The position numbers and the translations under genes were made by a program. A stretch of 32,000 nucleotides of DNA. Source: Promethearchaeia archaeon (lineage in GTDB: Archaea > Asgardarchaeota > Lokiarchaeia > Sigyniarchaeales > SOKP01). Below the pieces are notes generated by a model. It saw nothing but the letters and a program-made list of their open reading frames with translations, ran no database searches and was not told the origin of the DNA. The DNA is taken from contig JAWOFX010000041.1 in NCBI GenBank assembly GCA_046497275.1, forward strand, positions 46,279-78,278. Reading direction: 5' to 3'. Shown piece after piece: positions 8,765 through 17,964 of the stretch (its first letter is position 1; each line of letters starts with the position of its first letter).

Positions 8765-9033
8765 TAATCATCTCAAATCTTTTTAAAGGCTAATGATAAA
8801 AATTAATAAAACCATAAAAAAATTATTACTTTCAGTAGAAATCTACACAAATCTTAACACGAGGGACATCTTTCTTTTGGAAAAGTAAATGTTTATATGT
8901 CAACAATAGCTTGGTGAAAATTGATTGAATCTCACTTTTTTATATAATAAAGACCTCCATAAAGTTAAGGATTAATTATAAATATCAGTTAAGATATTAA
9001 TTCTGTAACTAAAAATTTAAATTTTAATTAAGA

Positions 9034-9255
9034 GTTGGAATAAAAATTAAGCAGATAAGTGAATTAATCGATAGCGGTGTATATGAAACATTTGTTCCAG
9101 ATAAGCCAATGACCGTTGCTGATCTCTTAAAAGAATTAGATTTGGAAGATAAATATTTCGGGATTTTAGTAAATGGTAAGAAAGCCGATCCAGAAACAAG
9201 TATTAAACCTACCGACGAAATCTGTATCCTTCCTCACATCGCCGGCGGAAATTAG
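9034..9255 (+). CDS. MoaD/ThiS/SAMP-family ubiquitin-like beta-grasp protein ending -IAGGN
   Basis: Manual translation: (V)GIKIKQISELIDSGVYETFVPDKPMTVADLLKELDLEDKYFGILVNGKKADPETSIKPTDEICILPHIAGGN*. TVADLL, ILVNG and ILPxIAGG are classic motifs. Start uncertain: the first ATG is at 9109, and the frame is open from 9028. Confidence 0.88.
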   Translation, partial: VGIKIKQISELIDSGVYETFVPDKPMTVADLLKELDLEDKYFGILVNGKKADPETSIKPTDEICILPHIAGGN

Positions 9256-9364
9256 ACACATATATCGCTAGTGGATTATAAAACCAATTAAGGTTTTTTT
9301 ATTCTTTTTTTTAAAATTCTAAGGCAATTAGGGAAGCCTTAAAATAATAATTTGGAAGCATAAT

Positions 9365-10345
9365 TTATTTAATTTTGAATCGCATTAAGTCTTCCGCTAA
9401 TATGGTGTTTGGAAAAATCTCTTGTGCATCCTTTAATAATTGTTCTGCTTCACCTTGATAGCGATTAGAGATGTGAGTTAAAATTAATTGTTTGGCATTC
9501 ATCTCTTTGGCATCACGAGCGGCATCCACGGAGGTAGAATGTTTTTTTTCATGAGCAATATCTGCTAATTCTTTTGCGTAAGTCGCTTCATGGATTAGGA
9601 CATTAGAATCCTTTCCTAACTCAATTAAACTCTCACATGGCAGTGTATCGGCGGAGTATGTTATTTTCCTTCCAGGTCTTTTTGGATCCACAATACCCTC
9701 TTTAATTGGATTAATAATTTTATCTTTATATTCCAAGGTCTCTCCTTTTTGTAATTGTTTCCATAATCTACTCTCAGGTATACCCAATTCTCGCGCTCTT
9801 TCGGGATGAAATTTCCCATATCGAGGCTTTTCTATAAAAGCATATCCAAAGGTTGAGACAGAATGGTTCATTTCATCGTATTTGATGAAGTAGCGATTTT
9901 TTTCAAAAATAATATTCTCTTTTATAGGGATTTCTTTTTGCGGAGATTTTGATTTTAATCCTTCATATTCATATAACAGTTTATTTTCGTTATCGATTTC
10001 ATAAATAGTAAGGGGATAATTTGCTTTTAATCCCAAGATGGCTTGATGCATGAATAAATAAAGATATAGGTTTGGATGGCCAAAAATCTTTACTGGGGCC
10101 GTCCGTTCAATAAGCGAGAACCTGAATAATAACCCAGGAAGACCCAGAATGTGATCTCCGTGGAAATGAGAAATTAAAATGATCAATGGTTTATTGAATT
10201 TAAGATTTGCTTCATTAAATTTGCGTTGGAGATCTTCTCCACAATCAAACAATATGATATCAGATCTATATTTTAAAGCAGTTGCTATTAAATTACGATT
10301 TTTAACAGGAATAGCTGCTGAAGTTCCTAAAGTTATAATTTCCAT
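9365..10345 (-). CDS. rnz: Ribonuclease Z (tRNA 3' endonuclease)
   Basis: TLGTSAAIP, SHFHGDHILG (HxHxDH), exosite GKFHPERARELGIP, YSADT, HEAT, HST, LTHISNRY. Confidence 0.95.
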   Translation of the reverse strand: MEIITLGTSAAIPVKNRNLIATALKYRSDIILFDCGEDLQRKFNEANLKFNKPLIILISHFHGDHILGLPGLLFRFSLIERTAPVKIFGHPNLYLYLFMHQAILGLKANYPLTIYEIDNENKLLYEYEGLKSKSPQKEIPIKENIIFEKNRYFIKYDEMNHSVSTFGYAFIEKPRYGKFHPERARELGIPESRLWKQLQKGETLEYKDKIINPIKEGIVDPKRPGRKITYSADTLPCESLIELGKDSNVLIHEATYAKELADIAHEKKHSTSVDAARDAKEMNAKQLILTHISNRYQGEAEQLLKDAQEIFPNTILAEDLMRFKIK

Positions 10346-10361
10346 AATTCAAAATTTGTCT

Positions 10362-11711
10362 TTATTTTCTTAGCTCCGCAATTTCTATTAAATGTTGAGT
10401 ATTTTCTTTTTTTAATTCATTAACTAAGCTTTTGAGTTCTTGGATTCTAATTAAAAGATTCGTTGATTTTTCAGAGATTTCATTCTCGGACTGTTGTGTT
10501 ATAGTTTTGATTTGAGTATTTAGGTTTTTAATTTGTTGATCTTTTGTAGCGAGTTTTTCTTGAAGATTCTCAATTTCAGAATTACATCTCATCGCTTCGT
10601 TTTTGATTGCTTCAATCTCTTCTTGTTTATTTAATAATAATTCTTCTTTTGATAGAAGTTTTGATTTAAGATCATCAATGAGGTCATTTTTTTCTGAAAC
10701 AGTATTCTTCAATTTATCATCTATCTTGGAAACAACTTGTTTCCCTTCAGTTTTTTGTTTAAGTTGAGTTTCCAATTCGTTAATTCTAATTTTTGCTTTA
10801 TTTAATTTTTTTTGAAGCTCATCTGTTAATTCCGAAATCATGCCAGAATTCGGTAAAGGGACATTATTTAAAAGGGAGTCTGATTTTGTATTTTCTAAAT
10901 CAGAAATTCTTTTTTCAAGCTCTTTAATTTTTCTTGTCTTATCATTTAATTGCCGCTTTAATTGATTTACATCCTCCTCAGTTAAAATTACTTCATCCTT
11001 AATATTTTTAAATCCTGAAACATTCTCAACATCCTCATATTTAGAAAGATGTTGATAGAGAATTTTCACTTGTCTTTTGGTTTTATTCAATTTATCTTGC
11101 AATTCTTCTGTTAAACTTTTTGTAATTGTGTCGGTAGTCTTTCCCTTTAATGTTCCTTTTTCTTTAGTTTCTAATTGAGCTTTCAATTGAGAGATTTCTT
11201 CTTGAAGGGAGACAATTTTTTGATCTTTTGTTTTTTGATCGCTTTGGATTTCTCCTGAATCAATCTCATTAATGGATTCTCCTTTCTTGAGTTTGTCTAT
11301 AACAATTTGCTGTTTATTTATTTTATTTTGCAATTCTTTTACTAAGGCTTCAAAAGGACCAGATTCTGTTTTCTCTTTAATCCGAATAACGGTGGATTCA
11401 TTTTTTGGTGGAATTCCTTTTTCTATTTGTTTTTGGAGTTCTATTTTTTCTTTCCTGAGAAAACCCATCTTATTTTTTAATTCTCTCAATTCACGCTCTT
11501 TCTGATCCAGTTCTATAGATAGTTTTGTTTCTTGCACTTTTTCTCGATCGAACCCACCTTCACTTTCTGCCTCTTCAATAAGGCCTTCTAATTTTAAAAC
11601 ATTATTCTCCAATTGTTCAATGCGATCAAGATATTGATTTATATCTCTAGTTTTCTCTTCCAATTCTTTTTCTAATTCATTTATGCGAGCTTGGAAAGCT
11701 TGTTCTGACAT
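10362..11711 (-). CDS. Long coiled-coil protein with three repeats of an ELQxKLNK motif
   Basis: Heptad E/K/L/Q-rich sequence with no catalytic motifs. Its stop lies 16 nt upstream of the rnz start. Confidence 0.8.
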   Translation of the reverse strand: MSEQAFQARINELEKELEEKTRDINQYLDRIEQLENNVLKLEGLIEEAESEGGFDREKVQETKLSIELDQKERELRELKNKMGFLRKEKIELQKQIEKGIPPKNESTVIRIKEKTESGPFEALVKELQNKINKQQIVIDKLKKGESINEIDSGEIQSDQKTKDQKIVSLQEEISQLKAQLETKEKGTLKGKTTDTITKSLTEELQDKLNKTKRQVKILYQHLSKYEDVENVSGFKNIKDEVILTEEDVNQLKRQLNDKTRKIKELEKRISDLENTKSDSLLNNVPLPNSGMISELTDELQKKLNKAKIRINELETQLKQKTEGKQVVSKIDDKLKNTVSEKNDLIDDLKSKLLSKEELLLNKQEEIEAIKNEAMRCNSEIENLQEKLATKDQQIKNLNTQIKTITQQSENEISEKSTNLLIRIQELKSLVNELKKENTQHLIEIAELRK

Positions 11712-12041
11712 TTTTTTGAACCACTCAATTGTAATTTATTCAAGATTCCTTAGTGCTATATTATGATAATAATAGATTTATAATTATTATTATTTAGCAA
11801 ATCAAGAATAATCTATCTTTACCTATAATTAAGCGTGATCCTAGGGAGATTAATTTAAATTCTTAAATTTAATCTTTTATCAAGTTTTAATTTTTGTTTA
11901 ACTATTGAGGAATGTTGAAACGATCTAAAATTTCTATATCATTGCGCAATCAAATCAAAGAATTATTTAATTTGAGAGAATTTTTATAATTCAATATTAA
12001 ATTTAATTCTAATATTAGTATTTATTAGTACAAAACTTAAA

Positions 12042-12911
12042 ATGACTTTAATCACTTTAAAAGAGATTTTAATCCCAGCGCGTAAGGAAAAATACGCTGT
12101 GGGAAGTTTTAATATCCTTAACTTACAAATGATTAGAGGTGTGATTGAGGCTGCCGAAGAAGAGCGATCTCCAGTTATTGTTGCATTTGCTGACATATAT
12201 TCTAAAACAGTTCCTATTGATATTATTTTTCCCGCAATGGTGAAAATGGCAAAAAAATCAAAAGTACCAGTGACCGTGCATTTAGATCACGGCCTTAGTT
12301 TCGAATCAATAATATCTGCTCTTAGAAATAATTCTTCGGGTGTAATGTATGATGGATCTTCCCTCCCTTATGATCAGAATGTTAAAAATACTAAAGAAAT
12401 CTGTAAAATTGCTCACGCATTTGGTATATCCGTTGAGGCAGAAATCGGACATGTATTAAGAGAGGAAAATAATGATGACAAAAATGTGAAACCTAAAGAG
12501 GAAACCATTTATACAGAACCCGAAGAGGCGCTTAAATTTATAAAAGTAACTAATGTTGACGCATTAGCAGTTTCCATTGGTACCGTCCATGGGATCTGTT
12601 TAGAAGAGCCAAAAATAGACTTTGATCGTCTTTCGAGGATTAATGAGATTTCTGAAGTACCTTTAGTATTACATGGTGGTTCTGGAGTTTCAGATAATGA
12701 TTTTAGAAAATGTATTGATAATGGAATTTCAAAAATTAATTTTTTCTCACGCACATCAAATGCAATTGCGGAATCTGTAAAAAACAAATTAAATAGCTTA
12801 AACAGAAAGGCTCTTTATCAAGATATTGACCCCGTTATTTATAAAACTTGTAAAGAAAAAGTCAGAGAGAAAATTAAGGTGTTTAGGAGTAATGATCGCG
12901 TTTCTATTTAA
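12042..12911 (+). CDS. fba: Class II (metal-dependent) ketose-bisphosphate aldolase (fructose or tagatose bisphosphate)
   Basis: HLDHG, SVMYDGS-like GVMYDGS, VEAEIG, LAVSIGTVHG, PLVLHGGSG, KIN. Confidence 0.9.
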   Translation: MTLITLKEILIPARKEKYAVGSFNILNLQMIRGVIEAAEEERSPVIVAFADIYSKTVPIDIIFPAMVKMAKKSKVPVTVHLDHGLSFESIISALRNNSSGVMYDGSSLPYDQNVKNTKEICKIAHAFGISVEAEIGHVLREENNDDKNVKPKEETIYTEPEEALKFIKVTNVDALAVSIGTVHGICLEEPKIDFDRLSRINEISEVPLVLHGGSGVSDNDFRKCIDNGISKINFFSRTSNAIAESVKNKLNSLNRKALYQDIDPVIYKTCKEKVREKIKVFRSNDRVSI

Positions 12912-12934
12912 TCAATAAGACATATCTTATTTTA

Positions 12935-13846
12935 TTATTTTATCAAATTTGCGATCAATTTCTCCATAAATATGTTTGGACCATCAGATTTGGAAAAATT
13001 CATGGAATATGTAATTGGTTTTGAATTTTTAATAGAAATTTTATGTTTGATTAGTCTTCCAGGTTGTTCTTCAGTATCTACTTTAAAATAAAAATCTTTA
13101 AAAGAAAATAGATTAGGTTCTAGTAAATATATCGGAAGAAATGCATCAAAAGGATAAAAGCCCTTACTCAGATTATGTTGCCAGAGATTTAACCATGGTT
13201 CAATATATTTAATTAAAAATTCTATATAGGGAGTTTTATCAACATTTTTAATCATATCTAAATGTTCTTCTTTAAAAATTGCTTGACAACAGATATCTAA
13301 GCCGAAGCCTATTCGGGGAGTCTGGGTTTTGGGTTCTATCACCAATTTTGTTGCAATTGGATCTTGATTAAAATTGAATTCATTAGTGATAAAAATTGAA
13401 TCCCCAAAAGTGAATTGGGGACTAAATGAAAATGAGGGATTAATTACACCTCCCATAAAAATATATTCCTTGAGATCATCAATAAAATCGGGATAAATCT
13501 TTATTGCAGTCGCAATATTCGTCAAAGGTCCTAAACTTAATAAGGTAATCTGATTGGGATATCTCTTGACTTGCTCAATTAAAAATTCAACCGCTGGATT
13601 AGACGTTCCAAGATCATTAGAATTTGCTGCCCCTCTATAATGAGGGATACTTAGACAATCTTTAAATTCTAAATATTTTTTTAATAGTTTAAATCCCTTA
13701 GTTATATTAGTATTTCCAAAAACTGTTGTGATTCCTTTTATTCTAAACTTATTTCTATTATTTAATAGAATAAATAATGCTAACCCATCATCAACATCCG
13801 AACCTCTGCTTCCTAATCCAGGATCGCAATCAATTATTAGATCCAT
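12935..13846 (-). CDS. Nucleoside hydrolase (IU-NH family)
   Basis: N-terminal DCDPG...DVDDGLAL Asp cluster, TTVFGN, LGPLTNIA, MGG, EFNFNQDP. Confidence 0.88.
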   Translation of the reverse strand: MDLIIDCDPGLGSRGSDVDDGLALFILLNNRNKFRIKGITTVFGNTNITKGFKLLKKYLEFKDCLSIPHYRGAANSNDLGTSNPAVEFLIEQVKRYPNQITLLSLGPLTNIATAIKIYPDFIDDLKEYIFMGGVINPSFSFSPQFTFGDSIFITNEFNFNQDPIATKLVIEPKTQTPRIGFGLDICCQAIFKEEHLDMIKNVDKTPYIEFLIKYIEPWLNLWQHNLSKGFYPFDAFLPIYLLEPNLFSFKDFYFKVDTEEQPGRLIKHKISIKNSKPITYSMNFSKSDGPNIFMEKLIANLIK

Positions 13847-13890
13847 TTTGTTATTTGTATCTCCACTTCAATTATTTTTTTTATGTATTA

Positions 13891-15807
13891 TTAAAACATC
13901 CTTAAGGCTTCTTGTGATGAATGATTGATATCTTTTAATATTGGAATGAGAATTAATGAATTGAGAATAATAAAAGATACTAAGATAATGCCATTTAAAA
14001 GAAAAGGAATATAGAGAGGAGGAAGATTTACTCTCTCAAATAAAAATAGCGCATTAATTATCATCCCACCTGCTAAACTTGTAATAACAGCAGGTATTAA
14101 AATAAAAAAAGCTTCAAAAAACAGTATTTTTCCGATATTGATGAGTTTAGACCCTATTGATCGCATTATAAGAAAATCTTTTAATTGTTCAGCAAGATCT
14201 CCTTTTTGAAAGTGGTAAAGGGAATATAATGATACTATTGAGGTTAATATAATCAATAAAATTGAGTATAAGGACAAATAATTCAGATAAGATAGATTTA
14301 CGTTAAAATCTTGATTTAAGCACAAATAGGTAAAATCTGGTCCCAAATTAGCAGTAATATTTGATTCTAATTGATCTTCTATTTGGGAAAAAGCATTTGA
14401 TTCCATTTGTAATAGAATAATATTTATCTCATCATTAGTCAAATTCAATATTGATCTGTACTGTTCGATATCAATATAAACACTATACCCAGAATAAAAG
14501 GGATCAATTACGATTCCCGAGACTGATGAACGCTGCCCAGTTTCGAATTGCAGTTCCTGACTAAAAGCATATTCAAAAAAATTATAAGCTAATCCATCAC
14601 CTATAGTTATATTATCATCTGTGGGATTTTGACTATTAAAAAAATTACCTTCAATTTCATACTCTTGGATTAAGTTAGTTGAATTTAATCCTATAACTGG
14701 GAAAGTGCCTTCAGTATTATGTCCAATTGAAATATACTCTCCTCCCCCTGATATGATGTAGGTTTGCAGCTCCTTAATTTTTGAAAATTGAATAAGTCTT
14801 TGATCTATTTTCTCAATTCCACTGATATTGCTGATTTGATCTATTTGACTAAAGTTGAAGAGATATTGAGAGTTAGTGAAATTCACAGCATCCTCATCAA
14901 CAAAAACGGTTGGATCTGAAAACATCCTATACATAGAGGAGTAATTATTTACAATATCATTATGACCTATAACAATTATATTATTGCCTTGAGCTTTATT
15001 GATCCAATTAGATGATGATGAATTTAGAACCATCGCACCTAATCCAAGGGTGAAAAGAATCAAAGAAATAAGAAAAAAAATAAGAAAAAACCGCTTAAAC
15101 TTTCCTTTCTTCCTAGTTAAATTTAGAATCGCATATTTGACATTTAAGCCAAAAGAAGAGATCCATTTTGGAACTAGCTTCAATGGAGATGAAACATTAT
15201 AGTCCGCGGGGATATCCTCAGAAAAGCTATTAATAACTGGTTTTCTTCCAATGCGTCTTAATTGGAAGCCTGGTAACATTATTGATGCAATTGCACATGA
15301 AAAAAATAAGAGAAGCGAGAATACCAATTCAAACTCAAAACTAATAGAAAAGAGGAAAATAGAAAAAATAACTTTAAAAACTCCAAAAGAAATAAGACCT
15401 ATTATCCATCCTAGAAAAAACCCTAAAATATAAATGATAAATGCTTCAAGAAGATAAAAACTATATAATTTTTCTGGTAAAGTCCCAAGCGCCTTCATGA
15501 TTGACATATCTCTTTTTTTGCTAATAATAAATGAAGAACAGATAATTGTGACCATTAATAACGCTAAAATGAAGTTTAAGATCATTAGAAGTGTGTTGAA
15601 TTGTGTATAGACTATACTTATCGCACCGGAAAAAAAATAAGGATTGGTATAAGTCCTATCTTGTCTAATAAAATTATTCAAGTTTAATGCACTAGAAAAA
15701 TATAGTAAAAAAATGGAAATAGTTATGGTTAATGCGATAGTAATGACATATGGAAAATTTTGCTTCCTTTTTCTATAAAAATCTTTAAGTGCAAAATCCA
15801 GAGTCAT
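13891..15807 (-). CDS. FtsX/MacB-type ABC transporter permease (duplicated FtsX domains)
   Basis: Multiple TM helices, two ABC-permease signatures (KRDMSIMKALG; KDFLIMRSIG) and a large extracytoplasmic domain. Confidence 0.85.
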   Translation of the reverse strand: MTLDFALKDFYRKRKQNFPYVITIALTITISIFLLYFSSALNLNNFIRQDRTYTNPYFFSGAISIVYTQFNTLLMILNFILALLMVTIICSSFIISKKRDMSIMKALGTLPEKLYSFYLLEAFIIYILGFFLGWIIGLISFGVFKVIFSIFLFSISFEFELVFSLLLFFSCAIASIMLPGFQLRRIGRKPVINSFSEDIPADYNVSSPLKLVPKWISSFGLNVKYAILNLTRKKGKFKRFFLIFFLISLILFTLGLGAMVLNSSSSNWINKAQGNNIIVIGHNDIVNNYSSMYRMFSDPTVFVDEDAVNFTNSQYLFNFSQIDQISNISGIEKIDQRLIQFSKIKELQTYIISGGGEYISIGHNTEGTFPVIGLNSTNLIQEYEIEGNFFNSQNPTDDNITIGDGLAYNFFEYAFSQELQFETGQRSSVSGIVIDPFYSGYSVYIDIEQYRSILNLTNDEINIILLQMESNAFSQIEDQLESNITANLGPDFTYLCLNQDFNVNLSYLNYLSLYSILLIILTSIVSLYSLYHFQKGDLAEQLKDFLIMRSIGSKLINIGKILFFEAFFILIPAVITSLAGGMIINALFLFERVNLPPLYIPFLLNGIILVSFIILNSLILIPILKDINHSSQEALRMF

Positions 15808-15836
15808 AGTTTGAGTTATCTTTATTTTCTATTTTT

Positions 15837-16595
15837 TTAACTTTGAATAGATTCATTAATGATTTTACCATCATGGAACTCCAAAATTCTATCTGCCAAT
15901 TCCAATAAATACTCATCATGAGTGGCAACTAAGATCGTTTTTTCCATTTCTTTTATATCCAAAAATAAATCCCTAATGAAGATGCTTGTGTTTTTGTCTA
16001 AATTTGCAGTGGGCTCATCTGCTAAAATGATTGGGGGATCATTAGCTAAGGCTCTGGCAATCGCCACCCTTTGTTGTTCACCTGCACTTAACTGGAAGGG
16101 AAGATGTTCACGCCGTTCTGAGAGTCCCACTTCTTTCAATAAATTTACTGCTATTTCTCTCTGCTTTTTTAGTGGTGCTCCTATAAGACTAATTGGAAAC
16201 ATGACATTTTCCTCAGCTGTTAAAGTACTTATCAGATTATAATTTTGAAAGATGAATCCAGAATTGATCAAGCGAAACACAGCGAGAGATTCTTGATCCA
16301 TATCTGAGATTCTCACACCAAAAGAATAAATGTCACCTTTCGTTGGACTTACTAAACCCCCAATCAGATTAAGAAGGGTAGTTTTTCCAGCCCCCGAGGG
16401 ACCTCTAATTACTATGAATTCTCCCTCTGTAATTTCAAGATTCACCTCATCCACAGCTCTGACTATAAATTCCCCAATTTCAAAATCTTTTATAATATCG
16501 ATTGTTTTAATAACAATCTTCTTGTCTAATTGCCTTTTTGAGGTTTTTAAGTTATTATTGCTCTGATCTACTTTTAGATCGGTTGAATCCGACAT
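15837..16595 (-). CDS. ABC transporter ATP-binding protein (LolD/MacB-like)
   Basis: Walker A GPSGAGKT, FIFQNYNL, signature LSAGEQQRVAIARAL, ILADEPT, VATHD. Confidence 0.95.
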   Translation of the reverse strand: MSDSTDLKVDQSNNNLKTSKRQLDKKIVIKTIDIIKDFEIGEFIVRAVDEVNLEITEGEFIVIRGPSGAGKTTLLNLIGGLVSPTKGDIYSFGVRISDMDQESLAVFRLINSGFIFQNYNLISTLTAEENVMFPISLIGAPLKKQREIAVNLLKEVGLSERREHLPFQLSAGEQQRVAIARALANDPPIILADEPTANLDKNTSIFIRDLFLDIKEMEKTILVATHDEYLLELADRILEFHDGKIINESIQS

Positions 16596-16862
16596 AATTT
16601 ATTCTCTACCTTACTACAAGAAAACAAGTTTTTTCTAATTAATTAATATCTTTTAAAATAAATAGATTTTTATTTATCTAATTTCATTTGGAAGTGTTTT
16701 AATATTTAAATCAAATAGTTTTCTAAATAAGGTAGAATGAGAATTTGAAAAATTTGATAATAAGGTTTTTAAGTATCTTCTACTTATTTATAATTCAGAG
16801 AGAAATATAGCGAAATTGCGGAATAATATCCCCTAAAAATTAGCTCTTTGCAAATATCTTGC

Positions 16863-16884
16863 TAATTAGGGAATTTCCTAATTA
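16863..16884. promoter_or_regulatory. Near-perfect palindrome TAATTAGGGAATTTCCTAATTA in a divergent intergenic region
   Basis: 8-bp perfect arms plus a nearly complementary centre, between the ABC operon and the corrinoid protein gene. Confidence 0.4.
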
Positions 16885-17123
16885 AATGGTATAACTAAAT
16901 TTTATCCCAAAACTTGTTTAAAGTTTTTGCGATTTTGCTTTTTTCTCTTTCTCTTTCTTTTTTCTAATATGATTAGATCCAATCTCATGAAAATATTATA
17001 TTTTTATACTTTAAAGACAAATAGACTATTAAAATAAAGTTTACTAAAATTTAGATAAAATTAAGTTTAATAGTAAATTTATTGATATAATTTTGAATAA
17101 AAAAGAAGAGATTAGGATAATTA

Positions 17124-17756
17124 ATGGAATTTGAACAATTGACAGAATTGATAATAGAACTTGAATGTGACGATATTCAAGAGGCTGTAAAAGAAGCTTT
17201 AGGGGAGGGAAAGGATCCTTTTGAAGTGCTTAATGCATTAACGGAAGGAATGGATGAGGTGGGAAGAAGATATGAGGAAAAGGAATATTATTTAACTGAG
17301 CTCGTTCTCGCAGGAGAAACGATGAAAGAAGCCTTCACAGTTTTACAACCCGCTTTAGCCAAAGCGGATCAAACTCAGGTTAAAACGAAAGTTATTCTTG
17401 CTACAGTGAAAGGAGATAACCATGATATTGGAAAAAATATATTAGCCTCTCTACTTTTAAGTTCTGGGTTTGAAATTCATGACCTTGGGATGGATGTGGG
17501 CGAAAAAGAAATTGTAGAAAAGGTTAAAGAAATAAATGCAGATATCGTGGCATTAAGCACTCTCCTCACAATGACAGTGGAACAAATAAAAGTTGTGGAT
17601 CAAGCTCTTAAAGATGCAGGCTTAAGAGATAATGTGAAGCTTATTGTTGGAGGCGCACCTCTCAATGAGGAATTAGCTAAAGAATTAGGCGCGGATGATT
17701 TTGCAGAGGACGCTGTTGAAGGAGTTAAACATATTAAAGCCTTAGCTGGAAATTAA
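17124..17756 (+). CDS. Cobalamin-binding (corrinoid) protein, MtaC/MtbC/MttC-like
   Basis: N-terminal B12 cap domain (GMDEVGRRYE...YLTELVLAGETM) and B12-binding motifs GDNHDIGKN (DxHxxG), DLGMDV, LSTLLT, VGGAP. Confidence 0.93.
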   Translation: MEFEQLTELIIELECDDIQEAVKEALGEGKDPFEVLNALTEGMDEVGRRYEEKEYYLTELVLAGETMKEAFTVLQPALAKADQTQVKTKVILATVKGDNHDIGKNILASLLLSSGFEIHDLGMDVGEKEIVEKVKEINADIVALSTLLTMTVEQIKVVDQALKDAGLRDNVKLIVGGAPLNEELAKELGADDFAEDAVEGVKHIKALAGN

Positions 17757-17760
17757 AACA

Positions 17761-17795
17761 TTCTTATTCTTTATTTTTCCTTTTTTTTGATTTTA
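17761..17795 (+). terminator. Oligo-T terminator after the corrinoid gene
   Basis: TTCTTTATTTTTCCTTTTTTTT directly after the stop. Suggests the tusA operon is transcribed separately. Confidence 0.5.
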
Positions 17796-17856
17796 ATATT
17801 TAGGCTTTTATAAATAATTTATATTTTAAAAGTAATATTTCGAAATACTTTATTAC

Positions 17857-17885
17857 TTAATGAAATTAATGTTCAATTTCATTAA
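17857..17885. promoter_or_regulatory. Perfect 11-7-11 inverted repeat TTAATGAAATT-aatgttc-AATTTCATTAA upstream of tusA
   Basis: Arms at 17857-17867 and 17875-17885 are exact reverse complements, about 80 nt upstream of the tusA ATG. Confidence 0.55.
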
Positions 17886-17964
17886 TTCATAATGAAAACC
17901 TTTTTCACTTCAGTTAACCATGAATAAAGTGATAAAAAAAGTATATATATAGGAGGTAAAAAAA

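Noticed and set aside
8836-8925. Minus-strand GTG ORF with TGT-TGA (possible Cys-Sec motif) downstream of a GGAGGT
   Set aside because: SD is too distant, there is no selenoprotein family resemblance and no SECIS-like hairpin is recognisable.
11941-11950. Perfect palindrome ATTGCGCAAT upstream of fba
   Set aside because: Only 10 bp and a single occurrence; chance cannot be excluded.
13891-16595. FtsX/MacB ABC transporter as exporter of the ThiF-modified peptide
   Set aside because: About 10 kb away with unrelated genes in between. Such transporters are common and nothing links them.
16902-16988. 28-aa basic ORF MRLDLIILEKRKRKRKKQNRKNFKQVLG (minus)
   Set aside because: Arises from a plus-strand CT-rich tract, has no SD and does not match L41e or other known small proteins.
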